Of a DNA stretch of 64,000 bases, positions 19,901 through 34,900 are shown in pieces. The DNA comes from a virus. Location: IMG/VR virus record IMGVR_UViG_3300021197_000841, positions 1 to 64,000 of that record, one strand, 5' to 3'. Below the pieces are notes generated by a model, which was given only the letters and a program-made list of their open reading frames with translations, was not told the origin of the DNA and did no database searches. The translations under genes were made by a program, and so were the position numbers. Each line of letters opens with the position of its first letter. Within the stretch, counting starts at the first letter, position 1.

Positions 19901-22900
19901 AATACTACTATCGTCAACTTTGCTTAGATCATATTTGTATATATCGCCAAATGCTGAACTTGAAAGTCCTTCAAACTCTGGTGGTACTGTAGTGTTGTAC
20001 ATAACTAAACTATCACCGTCGCCTGATCTATTAAACGGATTACCGTCGCCAGTGTTATTACCGTCGCCTAGGCCAAAATCACTACCTGGGTTACCAATTT
20101 GTGATCTAAAGCCAATTGATTGAGGACTATATTCGCCAGTAGGTATACCAATAGCATCTAGTGTTCCTGGAACTACATCTTCTAAATCAAACCCATCACC
20201 ATCTGAGGTAAATGTTAATACTTGTACGTCAGGATTAATATCAACTACATCTGCTGTTAATCCGCCGTCTGGTCCTATTGCTTCATTAATAACATCCGCC
20301 AGTGCTTCAGCAGGTGTCTCTGGTCTAGCCGGACCGGCATTATTTGCTACTAAGGCCGGAGGTTGTCTACAGTCAATAACACTTCTTGATGAAGCAATAA
20401 CTCTAGCACCAAATCCAGGCCCTTCAAGTCTTTGAGACGCATCGCCGTCGTCTACATATTTTAGAGGTATTCCTCTTTCTTGTTCTGCTGGGAATATTTC
20501 ATATACTCCTCTATCTAGTATTCTTAATTTTGTAATACTACCAGATGTATTAATTTCTGCAACTTCAAATTGTGCTGATTGTTCTACAATATCTGGATTG
20601 TCTTCGGCAATTAACTCCCCTTTGCTTAGTATTGCTCTTGCTTTGAATCCTTGACCCGAACCAATTGCTTTAACTATCCAATTTCTCATTGAGAACTCTG
20701 CTTGGAATCCACCTTTCTGTATAATTTCTAACCTTGTAATTGTATCTTTATTAGCAGTTTCATAATTTGGATCTTCGCTTGGTGACACATAACTAATTTT
20801 TATGTTAGGTGTTTTAACTGCTGTAGTATATTCTGTTATACCTACATTTGTAGCACCTTCTGGTCTTCTAGAAAGTATGTTACTGTCATTTATTAAATTA
20901 AATACTCGTCCTGGTCTTGTTACTTCAACATACCATGTACCTTTAATCTGTCTATTTTTACCAATTTTATATGTTGTTAAAGTTAAGCCTAATCTAGGAT
21001 CAGCATTAACAATTTTATAATCGCTGTCATTGGAATATATTTCCCATCTATTAGTTGCGCCTTCACTAAATCTTGCTTTAATAAACTTGTTGTTTAGATT
21101 ATTTACAGCATCAATTACTTGTTGTAATGACATTGTACTTGTTACAGGAACGGTTAACGTCTGTGTACCGCGATCTGTGTATTCTATTGTAATACCTGTG
21201 CTTAATGATATACTGCTAGGATCTGCTATTACTGTGCTGTACGCAACATTCTCGCCGCCTTGTAGCCACTTTCTTAATACGTTGTTAGTATTATTCCAAT
21301 ATGCGCCAGTTGCCTGTGTTAATGCTGTACCGTTACTACTATCATAATCGCTACTGTAAATTGTGCCGTTTAAATCTTTACCTTGATTGCCTGCTTGTCG
21401 TTTCCAGTTACCAATCCATGGTTTAACCTTTGTGCCGTAACTAACTAAGTTGACACCATTTGGTTGAACAGTTTCTGCTTGATCTTTACTGGTTACCGAG
21501 AATATCATTTCTTGTGGGCCGTTATTATTTTTCTTATAATCATACCCAGGCATAAATCCGCCTTGATCGTTTTGCCCATTTGCTCCGTATTTTCCTAAGA
21601 ATTGCATTAATGGCATTCTAGTACCATCCGGTGCTTGTAACCATATCATACCGTAATCGCCGGGCATAGTACTTCTCATAATAAAGTCAATATCTATATC
21701 CTGAATTATAGCATCATCGGGTATCTTATCAAAATTAAATTTAAATACCAATGCTTCAGATTCTCCCATCTTAACATACGGACTTGACATTGGCCTATAG
21801 ACCGTGTTATAATGTATTTTGTTCATGGCCTTTGCTAACTGAAATGCTGGCACTGGCTCTACATCTCTTACTTCGTTACCATCGGCATCTTCTGTAATTG
21901 TAATAAGTTCGTCCGGTAAATGTACTGTATATGGTACTCTTAAATAACTCTGACTAATATCTTTCTGTATAACAAATATATCCCAATTTTGTTCTATTGG
22001 ACTAATTGGTAATGTGGAATTTTGTCTGGACGCATTAACATCAACACTTATGTATTGATCAGTACCTGATTCTACACTATCAAATTTAAATGTGTTGCTG
22101 TCAACCTGTGTCACATTTAATGAGTTAGCCATATCAATTGACACACTAGTTGTTAAACTATGTGCTTCAGACTGATCTTGATATGTTACAGTTTTAGTTG
22201 TCTGGTTCTGGAACTCACTTATAGTATCAATTGGGTAGAATCTACTCCATAAATTTGTAAAGTCTGGTACACCGTATGCTTCAAAGTTAGGTGCTTTTTC
22301 TAAGCCTAATGTTGTTTCTACTTTAAAGAAAACTCTATTATTACTAACTCTTAAGAAAGTAACAATTCTACCATTGAACCTAGTTAGTGTCTGACTTAAG
22401 AAATGCTTGTATTCGTTACTTGTATCGCTGTCGTATACTTCAGCATCATGGAAAACTTTTAGTAATCCTTTTGTGTTTTCTGGCATTGCCGCAAACTTTG
22501 TGGATGGATTATGACCATTTGGAAATACTGTTCCATTTGGTATTTCCCATACACATAACCATGAACCATTAAGATTACTTAGTTCTATTTCATTGAACAC
22601 ATCATAAACTTTACTGTTCTTAATTAGTTCGGTTCCTAACTCGCCTTTGTCATGAATACCTAAGCCAAACATCATCATTGCTCCGGCATTTTCATAATCT
22701 CTTGTTCCAACAAACAGTTTATATTCTCTACTACTGTTTACTAAGTCTGCTCTTGAACTGATTTTAAATGTATCTTTTGCCGATAACTCATCTAATGCTA
22801 TATCAGATCTTTTGCGATCAATTTCTAGTTCATTAATTGATGATGAGTAAGTATCAATGTAGTTTGGAACTGTTTCGCTATTGATCCAATCCTTATCGGT

Positions 22901-25900
22901 ACCGCCGCCTTGTTCGATATATTCTCTATAAAAACTGTGATAGTATGACGTTGCTGATCTACCTGCTACTTTTAATGTAGGCTGTAATCCAGTTGTGCTT
23001 GGTGCGTAAACACCTCTAACTGTTACGCCTGGTAATTTATGTTTAGGATCATTCTTATCAACAATTTCAAATCTTGTATCTGCTGGGTTGTATCCAATAC
23101 CTGGATTTTGTATATCAACTCTATCAAGGTAGTAAGCACTATTATCTAGTGTTTTAGGTTGGCCACCTACTATAGCAAGTTTATCACCTATTCTATAGTT
23201 AAAGCCTGTACTATCCTCTATTGATCCAGGATTAAATGCTACATTTGAATTTGCGTCAAAGGCACCGCTTCTGGAACCTTCACCTGATCTTGGTGTTATT
23301 GCTAATCCGTCCATTCTTAAATAGTCTGCTGTCATAAATGGGTTACTTTGACTCGGTACACCAACAGACTCAGCAAGTTGTATAGTACCGCTTGATGCTT
23401 TAGTTGTTAATACCTTAGGAGCAGAGAATCCTGTTCCTGTAGACTTTGATTGTAACTCTTCGTTAGTTAGATTTGCTCCTAGAGCCAAGTTAGCACTAGC
23501 AACTGATTTCTTTTCAACATATGGCATAAAGTCGCCTACTTCAGCAAACGGACTTCTTGAACACCCCATGCCTAAACTAAATGGTACAGCACTCTTGATC
23601 TTGACAGCCTGTAAAACAGGAATATCGATATCAGTGAAACAGCCTGCTTTTCTTCTTTGCTGTACAGGATGTATATCCCATAATGAGGTAAAGAAGTATC
23701 CACTACCTTCATTATCTCTGGTGTAGTAACTTCTGTCTTTTTCATCACCTGTGTCTGGGCCACCCATCTTTTCGCCGTAGCCTACAATCTTCTTATACTT
23801 CCAACCTGTTTCGTCATTAGTGTAGTCTTCAAATTTAACGTATTCTTCCAGGCCGCCATAACTAAATACTGTTCCTCTTACAAGTAACCCTAAAACTAAG
23901 TTTTGTCCAAATCTTGTTGGCTTATGTCTGTTCCTACCTTCTTTAGTAAGATCGTAATTCATTTGTTTTAATCGTTGTGTTAAAGGATTACTACCACTAG
24001 TATCGTCCTGCTTACTAAGTTGTAGTTCTAATTTATACCAACTAATACCAGGCTTAAAGCCTTTAAATCTAATTTCTGCTCCACCTAGGTTTAATCCTTT
24101 ACCGCCTTTGGAACGCATTTGTTTGAAATCTACATTAATCCAATTACAAGTATCGTTACCATATCCTCTAATATCGTACCATTTAGGCTGTGTACCAGAA
24201 CCGGAACCTTGTATAGTTTTATTAACAATATCGCCTTTCTTTTCAGATGAGGGTATTAATCGTAAAACAATAGTTCTATATCCGCCTTCTATTGGGTCTA
24301 CGCCTCTATCATTTAATATTTGTTCAACTAACATACCAAAGCCTTTGCCCGGAGGGGATGAAGGAATACGGACTGTTAGCGGATCGTGTCTGTTTTCTAC
24401 TTCTGCCCAGCAATCTGTAAGATATCTAGTGTTGTCGCCTTTAACTTTTGGCTTTTTGCCGCCCCACCTTAAACTTTCTTCTATTAAGTTAGAGCCTGTT
24501 GTTGGATCTACAACTTCGCCAAATGCTGTTTCGCCCCAACCTTGGCCGCCACCTGGTATAACACAATTAACTTCTTCTTTGGTAGGTTCGCCACATATTG
24601 CTCTATAGTCTGAGTTCTGGGAATTGATGCCATCTGCTAACGCACATGGATCACAATTATCATTTAAATTAATTCGTTGATTTCCGAGGAACATTACCTC
24701 GCCGCTGTTTGAACATAGATCGCCGTCTAGTACTTTAACGTATCCTGGATCGGCCTCGCATAAGTCAACTATTGCTTCATTGTATTTAATTTTTTGTTCT
24801 GACGTTGCCATTGATCCGTTAACATACGCCAAGTATTGAGTCCATTGACTATAATTGCCACCTGCGGCCTGGAAATCTCTCCATCCTACTCTAATTCCTT
24901 GATCGTATGTATCGTAGTAAGAACCATTTTCATTACCAATACCTGCGCCGCCAATAATGAAGTTATAATATTGTTGTGCTATTGCTAACAAGTCGGCGTC
25001 AAAATCTTGTACTGCCGCGGCTTCTCCAGCATTGTTTATATCATATAGTGATATCTTAAATGAGCCGCAATCTGGGCCATCATCAACTACTGGTCCCTGT
25101 GGTCCTTGTGGTCCTTGTGGTCCTTGTGGTCCCTGTGGTCCTTGTGGTCCTTGTGGTCCTTGTGGTCCTTGACCTCCTGAATAGCCGCCGCCTCCGCCGC
25201 CGCCATTTAATTTAATTAACTCGCCCTCTGGCTCGCCAAATGCTGAAACAGTATTAAATGTCTGGTAACCTGGATTGCCTGTGTAAATTCCATCCATACC
25301 TTGTAATTCAGCATACTTCTTATAGGCATTATGTGCGCCTTTGGCCACATCTTTGTTTAAATAAGGACTTGTTGACGATGACATAATATTGTTATGATAT
25401 TCGTTAACTGTTTTGTTTTTTGCAGAAAGTATATCAAGTGTAGGAGCATTACTTTTACCGCCACCTATTCTAGTTAGTTTTCCTGCTTTTTTGCCTTTAT
25501 CTATAATCTGCCCTAGATTGTCTTGGTCAATCATGTATTGGCCACTTAACGCCGCTGAACCTAATTTGGATTTATTGTTTACTAGTATCTGATTAATATA
25601 ACGTGGAACACCATTTTTAACGGCATTACCCGCATTGTTAGTATCAAATTTTACTGGTTCTAAGTTTGTTAAGTTGTTTGGTACACTAACAAACTTCTGA
25701 TTATAAGCCGGATTTAATGGATTGTCTAGTTTAAAGTTTCTACTACCAAACATGAATCCTGCTGTTATACTTCCTGTACTTTGTATAACACCTTCTTTAT
25801 ACCTTGCGGCAAAGTTTAAACTGTCGCTGACATCTTGTATAGATTTAGTATTAATTAGTGTGGTTTTTGCTCCATTAACTTTAACAGAGTTCCAACTATC

Positions 25901-28900
25901 TAATGAGTATTCAACATTTTGTTCTTTAAGATCGACACGTTTATCGCTGTTAGCAAAACCGTAAACTGGAATCACTGTTGATTCACCTAAGTCTGGGTCA
26001 TCTGAGAAAGGCGATGCTGACACCATTGATTGTGCCGCTATTCTATATTTTGCGTTTAGGTTTCGTTGTATAGCACCGGATATAACCATAGAGTCAAATC
26101 TAGGACGTAATTTCATTTCTGATCCTAAGTCTGATGTGCCTTTTACAAGTATAATATCGTTGACCCAGTATCCTTCTGTATCTACTGGCAATGCTCCTAA
26201 GTAAGGTGTTTCGACAGTAATTATATCTTTAGTTACAGCAGACGGTGTAGCAAACCCTGTATACTTACCGTTCTTAGTAAGTTTGATTGCTCTGTCTTTG
26301 TTTGGTCTGTATGCTGTATATGAAACAGAAAATTCATTTGTTGTTGCCGTAGCACCCGGAGCCTTAATTGTGTAAAACTGATCTCCTTGATCGCCATCTT
26401 CGTCTATAATCACAATAAAATCAAGTATATCAAATTCGTTACCACTTAACGCATGTCCGTTAATACTGTTTGAGAACTTCAATTTGCCTTTCTCGTAAAG
26501 TCCTAAGCCGCCATTGCTTATACGGATATTTACTAGTCCTTCTGAACTTGCGGCTGTTGTACTTACTACTTCGGCATGTATAGTGTATTTTCCTATGCCG
26601 TGATCTACTGAAACAAAATCAGTAGCAGTAAATATGTTAATTGGCAAATATGTTTCACTTGACGGTATTGTATTTCCTAAGAATCCGCTAAATGTAGCAT
26701 TTGTATTAATACCACCTATACTATCAAAAGTGCTAATATTAATTTCTTTGTCGCCTGTAAATGATGCCCATTGTACTTCGTTACTAGGCACTCTACCATA
26801 TAAATTATTGATAGTATACTTAGGTGGCAATGAGATAACATTTTTATTTAAATCGTCAGTATATCTAATAGTTAAATTCGATGTTAGTGCTGTAGGCATA
26901 GTACTTAGTGCTATACTTAATGATCTATCTGTTCCAGCAAATACTTCTGCTGTCGTGCCATTTAGACTTGCGGTGTCTACACTACCAGTATAGAATGTAA
27001 CGTTGTCTTCAGGTCCAAAAATATTATTGTGATTATTACAACTTAGATGATATATTTTTCTAGGTTCTACAAAATATTGCACATCTAAATTTCCATTTGG
27101 ACTATTAAATACCGCGGCATATTTTAATGATGAAATATCGCTTGTTGGTATAACAGATGTATTCGCTACACTTACTTTAAATGTATTTTGTGTAACTTCC
27201 TTAACTATAAATGACGTATTGTTTAAATAATCGCTGTTGTTAGTTGTACTAAATATTACTTTTGAACCTACTATCATATCATGAAGAGGATCAGTAAAAG
27301 TTACTAAGTTTTGGTTCAGCGAACTGTTTGAAATAATTTCTAAACTTGATGCGTTTGCTACTGGTATAGCATGATTAATTATATTTTGTGCTGATCCTTT
27401 AGCAATAGTAATATATGTTTTACCTACACTTGTTACATTGGCCTGTCCTTCAATACCGCTTACATTTAAGGTGTCGTTGATTCTAACTATATCTGTGTTT
27501 GACATTCCTTCGACATCAGTATATATTTTGCTTTCATTTTTATATGTCGCCATTCTAATAGTGACATCAACCTCTGTAATTACTGGTTGATTTTTGCCTG
27601 TATAGTTTAAAGGCAAGTACTTAATATCAGCATTCAGATCATTACCTAAAATTCCTGTTATAGGTGTTGTCGACGTGTTAGGTATACTAACTAAGAAACT
27701 ACCAGCAGTTGTAATATGTTCTGGCTTATCAGATACATAACCAAATACAGTACCTGTATTTAAAATACTGTTTGCGTCAGTTGTTGTAAACAATGTAGCA
27801 CAATATCCTTTATCAGTTGGATCTGACATTTTGATAGGACTAGTTAAGTCATTAACAATAATTTGTTTATTGTTATTTTCGTCTATTCTATATAATACAG
27901 CCTTAACATCACCTGACAGTTCGTCTGCCGGTATAGAGTTATCGCTATTATCAACTGTAAAGAATGTATTATCTACACTTTCAATTTTTCTGTCGACTAC
28001 TTGTGACAAGTTGCCACCAATCATCGATACTCTTAAATTATCTAATTTAAGATTTGTAACAGGCGATAATGTATAGTTGACTTTAATATTTTTAACTATG
28101 ACTATAGGAATGATATATTCCTCGCCTATCGATGATGGATATACTGACACTCCTTCGTCGTATCCTAATTCTATTCTAAATTTGTTTGCCTCACCTTGAA
28201 CCAACACACTTTTAGCATCATTGCTCCACCACTCTAATGGTCTATTTGTAGCACTAGGATGATGAGGCTGTATGTCGAATTGGTTTTGTTTGTTCTGACT
28301 TTTCAGTTTATGTCTATTTTTATATTTTTGAGTACCGTGATAATCACTGGTGTTTTCGACTCTACTTAAAAACTCAATACCTTCAGAAATACCTGCTCCT
28401 CTATCATTAAAATTAAATTTAACTACCGGATTAGCCTCGTTGATATTGCCGCCAATTTCTGAAACTGTGACATACTTGGATTGCGGATGAGCATAATTTG
28501 ACGAATTGTGTTCGCCTGGATATCTTTTCCATAATTCTATTCTACTTGAAAAGTTTCTGCTACTTGAACTATTACCACCACCTATCACACTCATGTCTAC
28601 GCGGAATCCATCCAGTGACGGTTTGTTCATAGGTTTTGTATATGTATCAACCCACCAATCAACATCTACATTTTTGTTAAAGGCAATCGGTGAATCATCT
28701 GTTGGTAGTATACTTCTATTTTCGCCATCAAAGTTTGTATTCTGTAAGTACCTCCTAGGATCTCTAGGTAGACTAGCAGGCGATGTTAATTGCTTTAATG
28801 TTTCTAAATCTGCTGGTGTAACATATCTGAATTCTAATTCAAGTTCTACGTTATCAATACTTCTAAATGATTCTGGCGGTTCAGAAAATATATTTTCAAA

Positions 28901-31900
28901 ACTTAATTTATTATTCCCTGCTAGAGCACCAATATACATTGGCTTATTATTGTATTTGCTTGACCACTCATTTATTTTACTGCCGCCGGAGCCACCATAA
29001 TTAATATTAGCACCTTTTAACAAATCTTGTTTTCTTGTAGTATTTCTACTAGAAGTGAATAATAATTTCTTAAGATCACCAGCAGTAACATCTTCTCTTA
29101 GTCGGATGTCTGCTGTATTATTAGTTGTGTCTTTATCAATATCAACTTTAAATCTTGTTGTTAAATCCTTAACACCGGCACTTGGGTTCATAACCACTAA
29201 TCCGTCTACTGAATCAGTTGCCGAAGGCTTACTAAATATAAATTCTTTATTTGTTATGTTTGAAACTTGATCGTCTGAAACCTTAGTATTACCGTTTAAG
29301 AATTTAAATCCTCCTAAACCATATGTACCAATCTTTGTGTTATCAAAATTGTTTATATGTAATATGCTCGGTGATTGTAATCTTGTAATATTTCCTTGTA
29401 AATTTTGATATTCGCCTTTATATACAACCACATTAGAATTTGTTACAGCACTACCTGTTGGTTCAGCAATACTTGAATATGTAGTACCAGAATCACTAGT
29501 TACCTGTGATTGTATTACTGGGTATACGTTACCAGAGAATTGTGTACTATCTGTCTCAAAATGTACAAAGTCAGGTGTATTAAATTTCTTAACTGTTGCG
29601 TTACCTTCTATAGTTACAGCATCTCTCCATGCGCCTTGTATTTTGTCAGACGCTCCGTCTGTAATTAGTACATGAATGCCGCCACCCATTGGCACACTTA
29701 GAACTGATAATTTATTGTGTGCTGATTTGGCAACACTCGCATCATGGAATCTTAAATCACTACTTGTGATACTAAATGTTTTAGCCGCAGTATCTACATC
29801 AGCAACTGTATAAAATTGTGCTGGTATTGTATCAACTGATGAGTTATCACTAGCAGTAGATATTGATACGTTTGTGCTGTTTGTTAAATCTGTTAAGTCA
29901 CCGGCTTTGAATACAACTTTATTAGTACTAGGTGTTATGCCAGTAATTTCTGCTCTTGTATCTTGTCTTAATACAGATTCAAAACCAACATAGCAATTTC
30001 CTGTGCCTATTCTAGCAAAAGATGTTGCTGTAATATTTGCTTCTGTAATATAAAAAGTACCTGCTCCGTTATCGTCTGTAACAAAACCAGCAACGGCATC
30101 TATAGGATATTTTTTACCTACAGTCAAGTTTGCCGACGTTGCTCCTGCTCCGTAAAAGTAAACATTATCTGGATAATCATTTTCACCGGTTCCTGGTTCT
30201 AGACCTTCTATATTGTCCACTGTGATTTGAACACTATTATTAACAGTAGCAATTCTTCTATCTTTGGTAACACCTGCTGGTCTATAAAACTCTACATTAG
30301 ATAGCGGTACTTGTAATTTACCAAAGATTCTTTTTGTTGATCTTGCTTCTGTGTTAGGCAATGCTTCTGTGATAACACCCGTGGCACCCGGCGCCACACT
30401 AGTGATCTTTCTACTAATTCTTTTTAGTGGTACATACATACCTGTAAATACTGTTCTTGGTGTAGCAACTAATTGTTCGTTACTCCATTTTAAAACTATA
30501 TTCGATAATTCAGCATTTTTAACAACTATGTGATTATCAAAATATCGTTTATTGTTAAGGTCATTGATATCGTTACCATCGGAATATAACGACAATGGAT
30601 TATTAGAAAATAATGTAGTCTGACCGTTAACTGTGTCTACAAAGTTTTTAGCAGGAACTAATCCGCCTGCCCTGTTTTGCTCTCCGTGTAAAACTAATTC
30701 ATACACATTCCAATCTTCGTTCTCTGCTTTAGCAAGATGTAAATGCTGACCTTCTATTGGATTTGTTCTCTTTCCACTAGCAATAATATTATCAAAATTT
30801 TGTATGTTAAATGCTTCCCATTCTACATTTGCTCTGTTTACATAACCTGCGTTTGGTATTGAAAATATAGTGTTGCTTGTAGTTGGCCATATACCTTTAT
30901 CAACTGTATTAGTTGGACGTTTAAGCATTGTTTCAGTATTGTCAATATCAATAGTGATCTTGTTATCTGTTGGGTCGTCATCTATAACTTTGTATGTTCT
31001 TATGCTAGTTGTGTTAGCAATAATTGTATCATTAGCAACTGATTTGATTGATAATTTAGCACCAGGTATATCTGTTGTTAATGTATTGTTAAATTGTACT
31101 GTACCCATTTCCGAAATAGTTACGTTAGCATTAATGTTTATATTATTAGCATATTGAGAAACATTTGAAAATGTAACTCTGGTTGTTCCAGCAATAGCAT
31201 TAGATACATTAACTGCTCTATAACTAGGCGTGTTTTTAATTTCCTTGCCGTCTATGTAAAATTCAATATACGGATACTGGCCATCAATTTCTACAACGTT
31301 GTCGTCTAGCATTTCTGATGTGCCTGTTAGATCAACTGTAAATGTATCTGAAGATATTTTAGAATTTAACTGCGATGAAGATAGTAAGTTAATACTTCTA
31401 TCACCGTTATCAAAGCCAAAGTAACTTTTTGTTACACCTACACCGCCAATTGTAACTACAATGTCATTGATTGTAGTATTATTAGCAGTTTGTATTGGGA
31501 ATCGTTGTTGTGGCTGATATCTGCCGGGTGTCATATTTAATACAGATAGTGAAGTACTTGGGTTACCACCTGGTAACGTGCTTTCTGCTAACTGGAAGTC
31601 ACTACCTCTAATATATAATCGTTTGTCGCCACCCGATCCATAAACTTCTAACGTTCCTGTATCACCTGATATAGATGAACCATATGTTACAGGCAGTCTT
31701 AACGACGGATCTTGATACAAATCAAACTGTGTTGTTGAATGCCCTGTTCTAGATACTGTGACACCATTAATAGTAACATTATAGTTTCTACTCGGATCAT
31801 GATCTACATAATAGTTGCCATCAGGTATACTAGTTAAATCTTTAACTTTTACAAAATCAACGTTAGCACTAGCATACGCATCGCCGCCATTTGCTGTTCC

Positions 31901-34900
31901 TGAATTAGAAATTGTGTTTGCGCCTATGGACAATGCTTTGTCGGTATATAATTCGTATTGATAATCAGTACCAGTTTCTTTAACATAGAACGTTGTGTTG
32001 TTTAATCCGTTAAATCCTGTACCGCCAACTACATTTTGTAGTAATACTGTATCTCCTGTGCTAAATGAACTTGATCCTATATTAGCAGTGAACAATGTTA
32101 AAATAGCAGTACTGGCACTAGTTATGGCCTGAATAGACGCATTTGCTCTAGTATTGCTAGGCGAATTAAAACCATGAACACTTCCTGTTGTGACTAATAA
32201 TGGTAAAGCATTGTGTACATTAGTTACATCAGTTATACTTGCTTTTTCTAAATCAGTATCTAAATCACTAAATGCTACAACATCTGTGACACTTGCCAAA
32301 GATAGTTGCTTGTTAATTTGTGTAACAGTATGCTCTAATGATCTAGCATTTGCTAAGTCAATGTCGACACTGGTATTTGATGTTGTTGTATAATCTGTAA
32401 TAGTTATATTAGATAACGCCGACGTTCCAGTTAACGGTACATCTACATCTGCTGTACTAAATGCTAGTCCATTTTGTAATACTTCGTCGATTCTAGCAAC
32501 AACAATATTACCTGTAATGACTGCTACATTTGGCTTACTGGAATATCCGTCTCCACCTGAAGTAATTGTAACACTTTCTAGCAAAGCATTACTGTACAGT
32601 TTTGCTGTTGCCAGTGCGGCATTACCTTTTGTAGGTGGATCAATTTCTATAGTAGGTGTCTTAAAGTAAGTAGTATTTCTCTCGTAAACAAATATGTTAC
32701 TAACAGCACCAGTAATATTTTCTGGATATAGTATTTCTACTTGTTGATTATCTGTTATAAAGTCACTTTGCTTCAGTGATATATCCATACTCTGATGGTT
32801 AAATACATCGCCAAACTGTCCACGTTTAATTGCCCATTCTTCGCTTATCTCGATATTCTTATTTGTATTAACAACATTTGATCGTAGCACACTTGTTATA
32901 GAATTGGCAGTACCTTTATTTTTAATTATACCTTTATAGAAATCATATTGTGCCGAGTCACTAAGTTTAATATTTGCTAGGCTGTTGTTTTTCTCAAAAC
33001 CAATAAGTCCTCTAGCAAGATCAGTTTTTACTGGATCAATAGTCTGGAAGCCGTTTTCATGATAGAGACGTATATTGTCTACTAACAAATCAAAGTTTGG
33101 TAGTACACTACCTGAACTGCTTATAATTAAACCTTCAGCATTGTATCTGCCGTCCCAATTCTTGCTTCGTTGTGTGTGAATTTCTAATCTTTCTTGCCTG
33201 ATACCAATAACGTTATTATAAATTAAATCATTAAATGCTGTATTATTATTAAATACCGCGGCATGTTCAACTAACTCTGTATGTATTAAACAGCCAAAAA
33301 TTTGTCTTTCTGTTGGCGCAGTAATAGTTATTGTATTATCTTGTCTTACAATAGAGCAATCTCTAATGTTAATCATTTTCCCGTCGCTGTCTACTAATGA
33401 ATTTTGTTCTTTAAGTGAATTTTTTATTTCTGATATTTTACCAGTAGAACTTTCAAACGTTATAGTGTTTGCCATTGGACTTAACACAATACTATCATTT
33501 TGTATATGATTCTCTGTAGTCCAAAATAATAGTCTTCTACCGGCAAGTAGCCAATCATTTACATCAGCAATAGATGAGTCAAACTCGCCAAAATCATAAC
33601 CAGACAATTTCTGGAATCTACCAATACCAATTAGTAAATCAAATACGTCTTCGATTCTCTCGTAATGTTTATTATACGGAACCTTCTCTGTTTTGCTCAG
33701 AGGACGTTGATAAAGTGTTGCCTGTGCTCCACCTTCAGTAGGTAAGTCTGCTAATCGTGTCCATTGTGACGGATTAAATGTTCCAGGTAATACTTGCTCG
33801 TTTGCTCTATAATATGCACTACCTAGTTTTACATAACTGTTCACAGGATAAGACGTTTCAGTATTAAAGTTACTGTGAGAAATCGGTGTCCCGCCTTCTG
33901 CTACACCTTGTACTGGGCCTGACTTATCACTTGGTATAATGTCAAACATTTGCGATACTGTGTCATAGCCGGTTACTGAATAACCAGTTGCTGTTTTAAT
34001 AACCTTAACACCTGTATAAAAATTACGTGAATTATAACCGCTAGTATGAACTGCTGTTACTACATCTTCTTTTGGTATTCGCTGGCCTGCGGAGAATCCG
34101 TCGACACTTAAACTGTCGCTGAATACTTTTAAATTTTTATCGTTAATAAATCCACCAAACTTATGACCTAATCGTGTATCAATTGTTCTGATTGGATTTG
34201 CTATCTCTGTATTAGTGTTAAGCGACTGGAATGTCAAGTAACTATCTGTAAGAGTGCTTAATCCAAATTTAATTGTAATATTTCTATTTTCTGGATTAAT
34301 GTATCCGTGCGGTTCGTAATTATCAAACCCTACCCTTTTTCTCGTAGACTTACTAACTGCCTGTAACGGTGAAGCAGAAAATCTTACCTTGTCACTTTTA
34401 TCATAAAATGTTGAGAAGAACAATGCTGGTCTTGCCAAGTACATTGCTTCTGCTACAGCAAACGGATAGTACGAACTCTTCTTCCAGGCGTATTCTGCCG
34501 GAGAGCCGTCACCAAATTTCCAATTATTTCTAGTTGTTATGTTGCTTGCCAGGACAGAAGTATGTGTTATTTCTTGTGGCGGTCTTAAATTTCCGCTACT
34601 ATCCACAGGTATTGCTACATTAGGCCTTGCCCATCTTTTGTGATAACCTTTTTCATCGCCTGCCGGTATATAACCATTTTGTACATTCTGCCAAAATGAT
34701 GTGTAACTACTTGTTATTGCCATTGGATATTGTGTAGACCACCATGTTGGTTTTTTAACATAGCCAAACATTTCCCATGGTGTAGTATGCGGAGTTTGTG
34801 TATCGTAATAATATTCATACACTCCTCTCCAATGTCCTGGTAACTTATGGTCTGATTCATAGTTCCAAGTAAATTTGTTAGAGGAGTCGTAATTGGAATT

